From: Gammaproteobacteria bacterium
GTDB taxonomy: Bacteria > Pseudomonadota > Gammaproteobacteria > Steroidobacterales > UBA11654
DNA length: 64,000 nucleotides
NCBI GenBank assembly: GCA_029242945.1
Contig: JAQWSZ010000012.1
Location: forward strand, 943-64,942
Direction: 5' to 3'
Positions within the stretch are counted from its first letter, which is position 1, and each line of letters starts with the position of its first letter. Made by a program: the position numbers and the translations under genes. Under the pieces are notes generated by a model. That model made no database searches and was not told the DNA's origin. It saw only the letters and a program-made list of their open reading frames with translations. Shown piece after piece: positions 7,926 to 19,376 of this stretch.

Positions 7926-8735
7926 TTAATTCTCTAACTGAACTTGAATGTCTTCAATTTTTTTCTTGGGTCTGTCCAACATTGCTATAGTTTTTTCTAC
8001 TTGTAGAGTTAACTGTTCGTATGCTTTTTTAATGAGTCCTTGAGACTCTAACAATATAGGTTTTCCGTTGTCACCGGCTTCAACAAAAGATGGATCCAAA
8101 GGTATCTTACCTAAAAAATTAATCTCATTATCCTTCACAAAAGGTTCAATTTTATGTTCACCAAATAAATGATGTTCTGATTCACACTTATTGCAAATAA
8201 AATAACTCATATTCTCAATCAAACCAATAATGGGAACTTTTAATTTTTTAAAGGCTTCCATCGATTTTTTTACATCAATCAGTGAAACATCTTGCGGAGT
8301 TGTAACCAAGATAGCACCAGTTAGATCCGCTTTTTGTGAAAGTGTTAATTGTGCATCTCCAGTTCCTGGAGGGAAATCAATAATCAAGTAATCCAGATTA
8401 GACCAATTGGTTTGAAATAAAAGCTGACTGATTGCTTGAGACATCATAGGCCCTCTCCAAATTGTTGCTTCATCTTTCAGAACAATAAAACCAATAGACA
8501 TCAACTCAAGGCCATAGGAAATAATAGGTGTGAATGTTTTATTATCAGGTGTGGTGGGTTTTTGTCCCACTGCATTCATCATTAATGGAATACTAGGGCC
8601 ATATATATCAGCATCCAATAGTCCGACTTTATAGCCTTGTTGCTTTAATGAAAGAGCAAGATTAACACTGACTGTGGATTTTCCCACTCCACCTTTGCCT
8701 GAAGCTACTGCAATCACATTTTTTACACTGGCCAT
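7926..8735 (-). CDS. apbC: Mrp/ApbC-family Fe-S cluster carrier ATPase
   Basis: Deviant Walker A SGKGGVGKSTVSVNLA, the CxxC pair (FICNKCESEHH) and Mrp-family layout. It lacks the N-terminal DUF59-type extension. Confidence 0.88.
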   Translation of the reverse strand: MASVKNVIAVASGKGGVGKSTVSVNLALSLKQQGYKVGLLDADIYGPSIPLMMNAVGQKPTTPDNKTFTPIISYGLELMSIGFIVLKDEATIWRGPMMSQAISQLLFQTNWSNLDYLIIDFPPGTGDAQLTLSQKADLTGAILVTTPQDVSLIDVKKSMEAFKKLKVPIIGLIENMSYFICNKCESEHHLFGEHKIEPFVKDNEINFLGKIPLDPSFVEAGDNGKPILLESQGLIKKAYEQLTLQVEKTIAMLDRPKKKIEDIQVQLEN

Positions 8736-8910
8736 GAAAAACTCTATTCTTCTTTATTTCTTGATTTAAATTTGGTCCATAAAGATTGTGTCCAATCAAT
8801 CTTGTCATGGCGATCTCTTTGCTTTGATGATGCCCTAAACTTTCCAAAGTAAAAAAAAACACTGAGTGAGCCAACAATCATGAGCCCAAAGAAAATAGTA
8901 TTTAAATCCA

Positions 8911-9687
8911 TTAATTTCTAGAATAGATTTTTGAAAGCAATCTTAGAATTTCAAGATACAACCAAATAAGTGTAACCAATAGTGAAAAAGCGCCATAAGC
9001 TTCTAAGTATTTGGGAGCACCACTTTCTGAAGCCTGCTCTATAAAGTCAAAATCCAGTACTAAATTTAGCGCTGCTATAGCCACCACGACAAGACTGAAG
9101 ATAATACCCATAGGTCCATTGGAGTGAATAAAACCAATACCACTGCCGAAAAAACTCATTATAAAACTAACCAAATAGAGAAGAAAAATTCCACTAGTGG
9201 CAGCGAATATCATTAATCTAAAATTCTCAGTCGGTTTAATAATCCCAGTTTTATAAGCCATCAGTAACGAAGCCAGTGTAAAAAAAGTCAGTCCGACAGC
9301 TTGAATTACTATACCTGGGTACGTGGATTCAAACATTGCTGATATACCTCCGATAGCAAACCCTTCCAATAAAGCATAAATAGGAGCAGAAATCGGTGCT
9401 GATGTTGGTTTAAAGATTGTGACTAAGGCAGCTATAAGACCACCTACAGTTCCAAAGATTAGATACCCCATGACTGAAGATGGATCACCAGTGGAATAAA
9501 ATTGATTCCAAGTCCATGCAGCAGTCATAAAACATAGCAATAAATAAAGACCTGTTTTATTCACTGTTCCCGATAAGGTCATTACTTCTGCGGTTGAAAA
9601 ATCTGAAGATCTTTCTGCAAAGGCCTTACTCTTAAAAGCTGGATTTCCTGATCGGCCAAACATTTGTAATGCTCTATGGCGTGCCAT
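8911..9687 (-). CDS. Bax inhibitor-1/YccA-like integral membrane protein
   Basis: N-terminal GRSGNPAFKSKAF motif followed by about 6-7 hydrophobic helices, as in BaxI_1-type proteins. Confidence 0.65.
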   Translation of the reverse strand: MARHRALQMFGRSGNPAFKSKAFAERSSDFSTAEVMTLSGTVNKTGLYLLLCFMTAAWTWNQFYSTGDPSSVMGYLIFGTVGGLIAALVTIFKPTSAPISAPIYALLEGFAIGGISAMFESTYPGIVIQAVGLTFFTLASLLMAYKTGIIKPTENFRLMIFAATSGIFLLYLVSFIMSFFGSGIGFIHSNGPMGIIFSLVVVAIAALNLVLDFDFIEQASESGAPKYLEAYGAFSLLVTLIWLYLEILRLLSKIYSRN

Positions 9688-9710
9688 ATCTCTCTCCTTT
9701 TTTTTATTTG

Positions 9711-10127
9711 TTATTTATTTTTTATTTTTATTACAATTTCAAGATCTTCAATCTGTGTATTGTCTGGAAGTTTAGGTATATTTTCAATGGTTAATTCCTC
9801 CCTTTTTATATCAGTCAATTGACCCGTGTCTACATTATAAAAATGATGATGTGATAAAGTTGTTGAATCATAATACATACGTGTTGGGTTGACAGCTACT
9901 TCGCTCACTAAACCGCTGCGTGCAAAATGATTCAAAGTGTTATACACAGTTGCTTTGGAAATGCTATGTCCTTTCTCAACTAAAGATTCATAAATTTGTT
10001 CGGCAGACAGATGTGTTGGATTATCTAGTAGCATCATCCCTATTCTGATTCGAGCTCGTGTAGGTCTCAATCCATAGAGTTTGAGCTTTTTTTGGACTTT
10101 TTCCTTAAGTTGTAATACTTTTTCCAT
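9711..10127 (-). CDS. Fur-family transcriptional regulator, cysteine-free, Irr-like HHH-F-Y motif
   Basis: Fur wHTH (GLRPTRARIRIGMMLL...HLSAEQIYESL...ISKATVYNTLNHFARSGLV). The C-terminal SHHHFYNVDTGQLTDI resembles Irr (HHHYY..L.DI) rather than Fur (HHHDHLxC). The protein contains no Cys at all. Confidence 0.8.
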   Translation of the reverse strand: MEKVLQLKEKVQKKLKLYGLRPTRARIRIGMMLLDNPTHLSAEQIYESLVEKGHSISKATVYNTLNHFARSGLVSEVAVNPTRMYYDSTTLSHHHFYNVDTGQLTDIKREELTIENIPKLPDNTQIEDLEIVIKIKNK

Positions 10128-10206
10128 AACAGATCCTAATCTTATCTTATTGTATATTCTTGTAGTAAAAAAGAAAAATCCATAGCATTCAATACTTTGT
10201 CTATTT

Positions 10207-10695
10207 TCATTTCTTACTTAAGTAAGTTTCCAAAAATAATAGAAGCACTCCTATGGTTATAGAAGAATCTGCGATATTGAAAGCAGCAAAACTCCATTGC
10301 CCATAGTAAAAGTAAATAAAGTCAACAACATAGCCTTGACTGAGCCTATCAATAAGATTTCCTATAGCACCTGCTGCTATGAATGAGTATGCGATGGTAA
10401 GTAAAGAACTAATGGCTAGTGAATATCGAATAATCCATCCAACCAATACACAACTTACTAAAGATGAGACAATAATTAAAGGCCACTTTTGGATACCTGA
10501 ATCCAGATCAAATATGCTAAATGCTGCTCCTGAATTATGAAGCAGAATGATATCCAAGAATGAAGTGATAGGAACTCTTTGATACAAATTTAAAGATTGA
10601 GTGACTAGCTCTTTTGTCCACTGGTCAAAAAAAACAATCACCGAGATCAAAAATAACCAAACCAAAGGATGAGAATATCTTTTTTTGTTAGTCAT
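10207..10695 (-). CDS. lspA: lipoprotein signal peptidase II
   Basis: Four-TM layout with conserved NSGAAFS and IGNLIDR motifs. Located directly downstream of ileS, the conserved ileS-lspA pair. Confidence 0.92.
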   Translation of the reverse strand: MTNKKRYSHPLVWLFLISVIVFFDQWTKELVTQSLNLYQRVPITSFLDIILLHNSGAAFSIFDLDSGIQKWPLIIVSSLVSCVLVGWIIRYSLAISSLLTIAYSFIAAGAIGNLIDRLSQGYVVDFIYFYYGQWSFAAFNIADSSITIGVLLLFLETYLSKK

Positions 10696-10697
10696 TC

Positions 10698-13499
10698 TTA
10701 AAAATAGCTACGACTTTCACCATCTTTGGATATGTTATCTTCACAACGAGAACAAAGTTCAGGATGTTGTTTGGATTGGCCTACTGTTGAATTCTTATGC
10801 CAACACCGATTGCATTTATTTTCATCAACCGATTTCACTACAGCAGCAAAATTCTCTCCTTGGGTTGCACCCTTTGGCATTTCAGAGAGTTTTTTAAGCT
10901 TTACCGTGGAAGTTATAAATAGAAAATGCAATTCGTCTCGTAATGGCGTTAAAAAATTCTCCATTTCTGGACTAAGATAAAGTATAAGTTCTGCATCAAG
11001 AGAAGAACCAATAATGTTCTGATCCCTTGCAATCTCTAGAGATTTACTCACGACCTCATTGAGATCATGTATTGTCTTCCATTCACTTTTAATATCAATT
11101 TTAGACAGCTCATACCATTGAGTTAAAAAAATTGACTCTTCTCTTTCCCCTGGTAAGTATTTCCATATCTCTTCTGACGTATATGACAGTATTGGTGATA
11201 TCCAACGAACTAATAATTCAGAAATATAATACAAAAGTGTTTGAGCAGATTTCCTTCCCAATGAATCTTTCTGCATGGTGTAGAGCCTGTCCTTTATAAC
11301 ATCCAAATAAAAACCACCCATATCAACAACACAAAAATTATGCAAAGTTTGGGAAACCCTATGAAATGAATAATTATCGTAATCCTTCTTAATGCCTTGA
11401 TCAATATCAAGGAGTCGGTTTAAAACCCATTGATCCAAAAGCAATAAATCTTCATGTTTTACTACTTCTTTATCAGGATCAAAATCGCTTAAATTACTCA
11501 AAAGGAATCTAGCGGTATTTCTAATTCTTCTATAAGCATCAGAATTTCTTTTCAAGATCTGGTCAGAAATATTCATTTCTTTTGAATAATCTGTTGAGGC
11601 TGCCCATAATCTTAATATGTCTGCACCTAAATTATTTATAACTGTCTGAGGCGCTATGACATTGCCTTCCGATTTTGACATTTTCTTTCCTGATTCATCC
11701 ACTGTGAACCCATGAGTTAGAACCTGTTTATAAGGGGCTCTAGAATGCATTGCAACTGAGGTTAAGAGAGAACTCTGAAACCATCCACGATGTTGATCAG
11801 ACCCCTCTAAATAAAGATCAGCGACAGGCTCAATACAATCGAAATTTACATTAACAGCATGATGGGCTAACCCTGAATCCATCCAAACATCCATAGTATC
11901 GCTAGATTTAATATACTCATTAGCATCATCATTAATGAATTCATTAATGTCGGCTTCAAACCAAGTATTAATTCCATCTTCTTCAATACGATTGGCTATT
12001 AATTTCAATAAACCAGTTGTTTCAGGATGCAATTCTTTTGTTTCTTTATGGATAAATAATGGAATAGGAACACCCCAATATCTTTGCCTAGAAATACACC
12101 AATCTGGCCGACCAGAAACCATGCCTTCAATTCTCTCTTCTCCCCAACTAGGAAACCATTCGACTTCTTTAATAGCATTCAAGCAATTATCTCTAAAATT
12201 CTCTCCTTCCATTGCGATAAACCATTGTCTGGTGGCACGGAAAATAAGAGGTGTTTTATGCCTCCAACAATGTGGATAGCTGTGCATAAATTTTTGATTA
12301 TTGGCTAGTGTTTTATTTTCTTTTAATGTTTCAATAATTTGATCGTCCACCTTTGAGATATGGTGCCCTGAAAACAATTCTGTTCCCTCTTCATAAACAC
12401 CATATTCATTCACAGGACTCTCCAGTGGTAAACCGAATTTCTTACCCATCATAAAATCATCATGCCCATGAGCTGGAGCGGTATGAACTGCCCCCGTTCC
12501 TGAATCTGTTGTTACATAATCACCAATTAATAAAGGTACTTGTTTGTCATAAAAAGGATGTTTTAAAAGAGCACCTTTGATTTGATTTGGATCGATTTCA
12601 CCCAATATTTTCCATTGCTGTAAGTCATACCTATCGCATACTGAATCAATTAGATCATCAGCTATTAATAAATAGATAGAATTATTATTCAATGTTGCTT
12701 CAATTAATGAATATTTTATTGCTGATCCTAAGACTACTGCTTCATTAGCAGGTAATGTCCAAGGTGTTGTAGTCCATATTGGAATAGCGATGTCCACTTC
12801 TTGATTGTTTAAGTTAATCGAAGCTTTCTCCATAAAGCTCATAGAATCTGAAACTACAAATAGAGCATCAATCGAAATAGACTCTTTGTCTTGATATTCT
12901 ACTTCAGCTTCAGCCAATGCTGACTTACAATCCATGCACCAATGCACTGGTTTGAACCCATATTCAAGATGTCCGTTATCAATAATCTTTGAAAAAGCCC
13001 TTATTTGTTCTGCTTCATACGTCTTATCTGAAGTTAAATATGGATTATCCCATTGGCCTAAAATACCTAATCGAATAAAATCTTCCTTTTGTTGCAACAC
13101 TTGTTTTTCAGCATAATTTCTGCAAGCTTCTCTAAAATCATTAGCATTTATTTTTGGGCCTACTTTTCCTTTTTTCTTTTCTACCTGATGTTCAATGGGT
13201 AATCCATGACAATCCCATCCTGGAACATAAGGGGCATCATAATCTGAGAGTGTTTTTGATTTTATAACCATATCCTTAAGCACTTTATTGACAGCATGGC
13301 CAATATGTATATTCCCATTGGCATAGGGTGGACCATCCAAAAGTAGAAATTTTTGTTTGCCTTTTTGTTGTTTTCTTATTTTTGTATATAAATTTGATTG
13401 ATCCCATAGATCTAGTAAATCTGGCTCACGTTGAGGCAAATTTGCTTTCATTGGAAATCCAGTTCCAGGCAGATTGAGAGTTTCTTTATAATCAGACAT
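10698..13499 (-). CDS. ileS: isoleucine--tRNA ligase
   Basis: HIGH motif ([16 protein letters not shown]), KMSKS motif ([10 protein letters not shown]) and a C-terminal Zn-binding CNRCWH...CSRCEDN. Length 933 aa. Confidence 0.97.
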   Translation of the reverse strand: MSDYKETLNLPGTGFPMKANLPQREPDLLDLWDQSNLYTKIRKQQKGKQKFLLLDGPPYANGNIHIGHAVNKVLKDMVIKSKTLSDYDAPYVPGWDCHGLPIEHQVEKKKGKVGPKINANDFREACRNYAEKQVLQQKEDFIRLGILGQWDNPYLTSDKTYEAEQIRAFSKIIDNGHLEYGFKPVHWCMDCKSALAEAEVEYQDKESISIDALFVVSDSMSFMEKASINLNNQEVDIAIPIWTTTPWTLPANEAVVLGSAIKYSLIEATLNNNSIYLLIADDLIDSVCDRYDLQQWKILGEIDPNQIKGALLKHPFYDKQVPLLIGDYVTTDSGTGAVHTAPAHGHDDFMMGKKFGLPLESPVNEYGVYEEGTELFSGHHISKVDDQIIETLKENKTLANNQKFMHSYPHCWRHKTPLIFRATRQWFIAMEGENFRDNCLNAIKEVEWFPSWGEERIEGMVSGRPDWCISRQRYWGVPIPLFIHKETKELHPETTGLLKLIANRIEEDGINTWFEADINEFINDDANEYIKSSDTMDVWMDSGLAHHAVNVNFDCIEPVADLYLEGSDQHRGWFQSSLLTSVAMHSRAPYKQVLTHGFTVDESGKKMSKSEGNVIAPQTVINNLGADILRLWAASTDYSKEMNISDQILKRNSDAYRRIRNTARFLLSNLSDFDPDKEVVKHEDLLLLDQWVLNRLLDIDQGIKKDYDNYSFHRVSQTLHNFCVVDMGGFYLDVIKDRLYTMQKDSLGRKSAQTLLYYISELLVRWISPILSYTSEEIWKYLPGEREESIFLTQWYELSKIDIKSEWKTIHDLNEVVSKSLEIARDQNIIGSSLDAELILYLSPEMENFLTPLRDELHFLFITSTVKLKKLSEMPKGATQGENFAAVVKSVDENKCNRCWHKNSTVGQSKQHPELCSRCEDNISKDGESRSYF

Positions 13500-13536
13500 T
13501 TTTATTACAGTTTTCTAATTGTGGTGATTATAATCA

Positions 13537-15147
13537 TTACTGATCAGTTTGAATACGTATGTCTTTCATTCTTAAGCCAAGAAGAAATAAAATTAGTATA
13601 TAAATAATAATCGCAGCAGATATTAAGAATAATAGACTGAACACTTTGTCTATAATATTAGCATCGATCCAAATCTGTATATCTGGATTAAAATTTATCA
13701 AAAACAGTGTCATTATAAAAGATGCCATGATTATTCTTGAGATAAATATGATGAAATTACGATCTAAAACAACTAATTTTTCAAGACTCAAACTTCGAAA
13801 TAAAAGAAAAGCATTTAAAATTGATGCTAAAGAAAATGCAAAAGCAAGCCCTATATGTGGAAAAGAGACATTCATTTCCATTAAGGCTAAAACAAAAATC
13901 AAAGAAAGAAATGCGTTGGTCGCCATAGTAATCAAACCAAATTTAAGAGGTGTTTTGGTATCCTCCCTAGAATAAAAAACTGGTGATAATATCAAAACCA
14001 AAGATAATCCTATTAACCCTAATGAATATGCCATTAGACTGTATTGAGTCATAATTAAATCAAATGTATTAAAATTACCACCAAGAAAAATTGTAGTTAC
14101 CAAAGGCCCTGACAAAACCAATAATCCTATGGATGCAGGAATTGAAAATAGGAAAACTAATTTGATACCCCATCGGACTGTTGATTTAAATTGTTTAATA
14201 TTTTTTAATGCATTCTTCCTGGATAAGCTTGGTAAAACTACTGTGGATAAGGCCACACTGAATACTCCGATTGGAAACTCTAATAACCGATCAGAATAAT
14301 ATATCCAACTGATACTACCAGCCGCTAAAAAAGATGCTATTAGTGTATTAAAAAGTAGATTGATTTGTGATGCTGAACTTCCAATGATTGAGGGTATCAT
14401 TAACTTAATAACCCGTCTGACACCTGAATCTTGCCATCCCCATTTAGGTTTAGGTAGTCGTTTTACTTTCATCAGAAAAGGAAAAAGAAACAGCAATTGC
14501 AGAAAACCTGCACAAAAGACAGCAACAGCTAAAACTAATCCTGGGTTATTAGTTTTTGGTGCAATAAAACCTGCAGCAAGAATCAAAATGATATTTAATA
14601 TGACTGGATTGAATGCTGTCGCCCAAAAATGTTTTTTTGTATTTAAAATAGCACCAGCAAAAGCTGTTAATGAAATAAATAATAAGTATGGAAATGTAAA
14701 CCTAAGCATACTGACTGAAAGATTATAACGATCTATTTGACCACTTTGATCATCAAAAAATCCAGGAGCGAATATCAAGATTAATATAGGCGCAAATAGA
14801 CTTCCTAGAATACAAACACAGAATAATATCAAACAAAGAGTTCCTGATGTTCGATCAATAAAGTTTCGTATTTCTCCTACTTCCCTATTATTTTCATAAT
14901 CTGAAAGAACAGGAATAAATGCTCTAGAAAATGCGCCTTCAGCAAAGAAACGCCTGAATGAGTTTGGGATTTTAAAAGCAACAAAAAATGCATCCATTAT
15001 CGGAAAAGCGCCGAAAAGCCTAGCAAAAAATATATCTCTTATTAATCCCATTATTCTAGAAAGAAAGGTCATCAGACCAACAACTCCCGTAGAACGCAAC
15101 ATACTGTCTGTTTCTATTAAATCGGATTGACTACTGGATTTATTCAT
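13537..15147 (-). CDS. murJ: lipid II flippase MurJ (MviN)
   Basis: About 14 TM segments and an N-terminal SRIMGLIRDIFFARLFGA motif typical of MurJ. Divergent from rpsT, as in pseudomonads. Confidence 0.9.
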   Translation of the reverse strand: MNKSSSQSDLIETDSMLRSTGVVGLMTFLSRIMGLIRDIFFARLFGAFPIMDAFFVAFKIPNSFRRFFAEGAFSRAFIPVLSDYENNREVGEIRNFIDRTSGTLCLILFCVCILGSLFAPILILIFAPGFFDDQSGQIDRYNLSVSMLRFTFPYLLFISLTAFAGAILNTKKHFWATAFNPVILNIILILAAGFIAPKTNNPGLVLAVAVFCAGFLQLLFLFPFLMKVKRLPKPKWGWQDSGVRRVIKLMIPSIIGSSASQINLLFNTLIASFLAAGSISWIYYSDRLLEFPIGVFSVALSTVVLPSLSRKNALKNIKQFKSTVRWGIKLVFLFSIPASIGLLVLSGPLVTTIFLGGNFNTFDLIMTQYSLMAYSLGLIGLSLVLILSPVFYSREDTKTPLKFGLITMATNAFLSLIFVLALMEMNVSFPHIGLAFAFSLASILNAFLLFRSLSLEKLVVLDRNFIIFISRIIMASFIMTLFLINFNPDIQIWIDANIIDKVFSLLFLISAAIIIYILILFLLGLRMKDIRIQTDQ

Positions 15148-15210
15148 AATCTTTTATTTTAACTGAACTTCATTGATAAAAAATCAATCATTCTTAATAT
15201 AGAATTGTTA

Positions 15211-15239
15211 TTGACAAAAGGCTATAAAATATAAAGAAT
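15211..15239 (+). promoter_or_regulatory. candidate rpsT promoter
   Basis: TTGACA (15211-15216), a 17-nt spacer, then AAGAAT (15234-15239), about 40 nt upstream of the rpsT ATG. Confidence 0.35.
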
Positions 15240-15280
15240 ACACGCCTTTCAAGTAAAGAATTAATAATAGGAAATAAAAA

Positions 15281-16587
<1,307 letters not shown>

Positions 16588-16603
16588 CTATCATTAAAAA
16601 AAA

Positions 16604-16621
16604 ACCCCGCATAAGCGGGGT
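16604..16621 (-). terminator. rho-independent terminator or attenuator between rpmA and obg
   Basis: On the minus strand: ACCCCGC-TTAT-GCGGGGT followed by a run of 9 T. It lies 23 nt after the rpmA stop and upstream of obg. Confidence 0.75.
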
Positions 16622-16643
16622 ATCATCTAATTATTTTCAAACG

Positions 16644-16907
16644 CTACTCTGCTATAGGAATTACAGTTGCAAACTGTTTCATTGCTGATCCTTTCTTAAT
16701 AAACTTTAGTTCGCCATCAACTTTAGCAAAAAGGGTATGATCTCTACCAATGCCTACATTATCACCAGGATGAAATTTCGTACCTCTTTGTCGAACAATG
16801 ATATTGCCTGCTCTAACCTGTTGGCCTCCATATTTCTTGAGCCCTAGTCTTTTAGACTCAGAGTCTCTTCCATTTCTCGAACTACCACCTGCTTTCTTAT
16901 GTGCCAT
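16644..16907 (-). CDS. rpmA: 50S ribosomal protein L27
   Basis: [28 protein letters not shown]...[13 protein letters not shown] is the canonical L27 sequence. Confidence 0.96.
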   Translation of the reverse strand: MAHKKAGGSSRNGRDSESKRLGLKKYGGQQVRAGNIIVRQRGTKFHPGDNVGIGRDHTLFAKVDGELKFIKKGSAMKQFATVIPIAE

Positions 16908-16922
16908 AATATTTTCTCTATT

Positions 16923-17270
16923 TTACTCTTCTTTAGTTGTCTTTTTTACGGTTTCTTTTTTTAACTTTATAGCAGTTATTTCTACCAAGACGTAATGCTG
17001 TCTGTGACCAAAAGTTCGTTTGTAATTTTTTCTTCTTTTAAATTTTATAACTTCAACTTTTTTATCTTTACCTTGTTCTAATATTTTTGCCTCTACAGTA
17101 GCATTCTTAAGATAAGGAGAGCCACAGTTTATATCAGCTCCCTCTCCTACTGAAAGCACTTCATCAAAAACAACCTTTTCACCAGAAAGGTTATTTATTT
17201 TCTCAAGCTTAAGCTTATCGCCCTTACTTGCTCTGTATTGTTTTCCACCCGATTTAAATATGGCATACAT
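16923..17270 (-). CDS. rplU: 50S ribosomal protein L21
   Basis: MYAIFKSGGKQYRASKGDKLKLEKI... is the canonical L21 N-terminus. Located upstream of rpmA. Confidence 0.95.
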   Translation of the reverse strand: MYAIFKSGGKQYRASKGDKLKLEKINNLSGEKVVFDEVLSVGEGADINCGSPYLKNATVEAKILEQGKDKKVEVIKFKRRKNYKRTFGHRQHYVLVEITAIKLKKETVKKTTKEE

Positions 17271-17393
17271 CTTAATGTTCCCTTTTATGCAATCATTCTA
17301 AGAAACCCGCAATTCTATAGATATAAGCTTTTTAATTCAATAACTTTAAAGGCTTTGGTATATTGTCTTCTCTAAAACACGACAAGATAGAAA

Positions 17394-18404
17394 ATGCTTA
17401 AAAGTACAACTGAGCTAGAAAAAGAAAAAGTCATCATCAAAGATCTAAGATTCCTTGTTGATAATGACTGGAAAGCTATGGATCAAGAAATCCAGAATCA
17501 ACTGGAAACTGATATTGGCTTAATCAATAGTATCTCTCATTATATTATAAATAGTGGGGGTAAAAGACTAAGACCTCTTATAGTCCTCATTGCCTGCAAT
17601 GCTTGTGGTTTTATAGGGGATAGAGAGAGGCATATAAAAGCAGCTGCTATGATTGAGTTTATTCATACTGCCACACTTTTACATGATGACGTGGTAGACG
17701 ATTCTGATACGCGAAGAGGAAACATCACTGCACATCGTAATTTTGGCAATGAATCAACTATTCTTGTTGGGGATTTTCTCTACTCTAGAGCATTTCAAAT
17801 CATGGTTGAAATAGGACACATGAGAATCATGGAAATTATGTCTGATGCAACAAATACTATTGCTGAAGGCGAAGTATTGCAATTGATACATTGTGGTAAT
17901 CCCGACACGACTGAAAAGCAATATATGGATGTAATCTATAGAAAAACTGCAAAATTATTTGAATCAGCAACAACAATTGGTGCAGTTCTATCGGGTCAAT
18001 CAAAGCTCATTGAAAATTGCTTAAAAATTTATGGAAAAGAATTAGGTACAGCTTATCAGTTAATTGATGATGTTCTAGATTACAGCTCATCATCAGAAAT
18101 CATTGGAAAAGATATTGGAGATGATCTTTCGGAAGGTAAGCCAACTTTGCCATTAATTTATGCATTAGAAAGAAGTAATCCCAGCATGCAAATTATGATT
18201 AGGGAAGCCATAGCCAAAAAAGATTCCAGCCACAGTAAAGAAATTTTTCAATGCGTTATTGATACAGGATCTTTAGCATTGACTGCAGATAAAGCCCAGA
18301 TTGCTTCGCAAAAAGCAATTGATGCATTAAGTGATTTACCGAATAATCAATTTAAAGATGCCTTGATACAGCTTGCAAAATATACTGTGGAAAGAATTTA
18401 CTAA
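17394..18404 (+). CDS. ispB: octaprenyl (all-trans polyprenyl) diphosphate synthase
   Basis: Two Asp-rich motifs (LLHDDVVDDSDTRRG and QLIDDVLDY). Divergent from rplU, as in E. coli. Confidence 0.9.
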   Translation: MLKSTTELEKEKVIIKDLRFLVDNDWKAMDQEIQNQLETDIGLINSISHYIINSGGKRLRPLIVLIACNACGFIGDRERHIKAAAMIEFIHTATLLHDDVVDDSDTRRGNITAHRNFGNESTILVGDFLYSRAFQIMVEIGHMRIMEIMSDATNTIAEGEVLQLIHCGNPDTTEKQYMDVIYRKTAKLFESATTIGAVLSGQSKLIENCLKIYGKELGTAYQLIDDVLDYSSSSEIIGKDIGDDLSEGKPTLPLIYALERSNPSMQIMIREAIAKKDSSHSKEIFQCVIDTGSLALTADKAQIASQKAIDALSDLPNNQFKDALIQLAKYTVERIY

Positions 18405-18419
18405 GATATCTCATATTTC

Positions 18420-19367
18420 ATGACAACAAAAAATACAAACCAAGATGGCCAGCTGGTAGCAAGCTTTTATCAATTCATTGATTGGCAAGATTATAAAACT
18501 TTAAAGTTAGAGCTAGAGAATCTTTGCGAGAAAAAAAATATCTTGGGCACTATATTGCTTGCACCTGAAGGCATTAATGGGACTATTTCAGGAGAGAAAG
18601 AATCCATTGAGTCAGTAATTAATGTTTTAAAAAAAGATTCAAGAATGAAAAATCTAGAACCTAAATATTCCATTGCATATGGAAAAACTTTTTACCGTAT
18701 GAGAGTCAAATTAAAAAAAGAAATCGTATCAATGGGAAAAGATTTAACAAAACCTGCCAAGAAAACAGGAACTAAAATACAAGCTAGAGATTGGAATCAG
18801 GTTCTTTTAGATCCTGATATTATTGTAATAGATACTAGAAATGATTATGAAATCTCGATAGGAACATTCGAGGGTGCTATTGATCCAAAAACAAAATCAT
18901 TTCGTGAATTTCCAAAATGGATAGAAACTGAATTAAAACCATTAATTGATAAAAAGAATGAGAAAAAAGTTGCCATGTTTTGCACAGGAGGTATCCGTTG
19001 TGAAAAAGCCTCATCTTACCTATTGGATTCAGGTTTTGATGAAGTGCTACAACTCAATGGTGGTATCTTGAAATACCTTGAAGAAATTAATACTGATAAA
19101 AGTTTATGGAAAGGTGAATGCTTTCTTTTTGATGAACGAGTTTCAGTCCAACATGGGTTAATAGAAGGCAACTATTCCATGTGTCATGCGTGCAGGATGC
19201 CAATAGATAATAATGATAAGAAAAGCAATCACTACATTGAAGGAATTAGCTGTCCCAATTGTTTTGAAACCCATTCAGAGGAAAGAAAGAAGAGATTTGC
19301 AGAACGACAAAAGCAAATATCATTGGCTAAAAAAAGAAATGAGCCGCATATAGGAAAGAAATATTAA
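18420..19367 (+). CDS. trhO: rhodanese-domain tRNA uridine(34) hydroxylase TrhO (YceA family)
   Basis: N-terminal FYQF...PEGINGTISG motif. Rhodanese active-site loop FCTGGIRCEKAS. C-terminal Cys cluster CHACRMP...CPNCF. Confidence 0.85.
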   Translation: MTTKNTNQDGQLVASFYQFIDWQDYKTLKLELENLCEKKNILGTILLAPEGINGTISGEKESIESVINVLKKDSRMKNLEPKYSIAYGKTFYRMRVKLKKEIVSMGKDLTKPAKKTGTKIQARDWNQVLLDPDIIVIDTRNDYEISIGTFEGAIDPKTKSFREFPKWIETELKPLIDKKNEKKVAMFCTGGIRCEKASSYLLDSGFDEVLQLNGGILKYLEEINTDKSLWKGECFLFDERVSVQHGLIEGNYSMCHACRMPIDNNDKKSNHYIEGISCPNCFETHSEERKKRFAERQKQISLAKKRNEPHIGKKY

Positions 19368-19376
19368 GGCTAATTT

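Noticed and set aside
8662-8877. 71-aa ORF overlapping the apbC start region
   Set aside because: It overlaps the Walker-A-encoding 5' end of apbC in another frame. It has no RBS and no motif.
10685-13116. Several plus-strand ORFs (10685..10897, 10726..10980, 11935..12279, 12084..12308, 12934..13116) inside ileS, and others (13646..13975, 14360..14728) inside murJ
   Set aside because: These are shadow ORFs opposite long, motif-verified genes.
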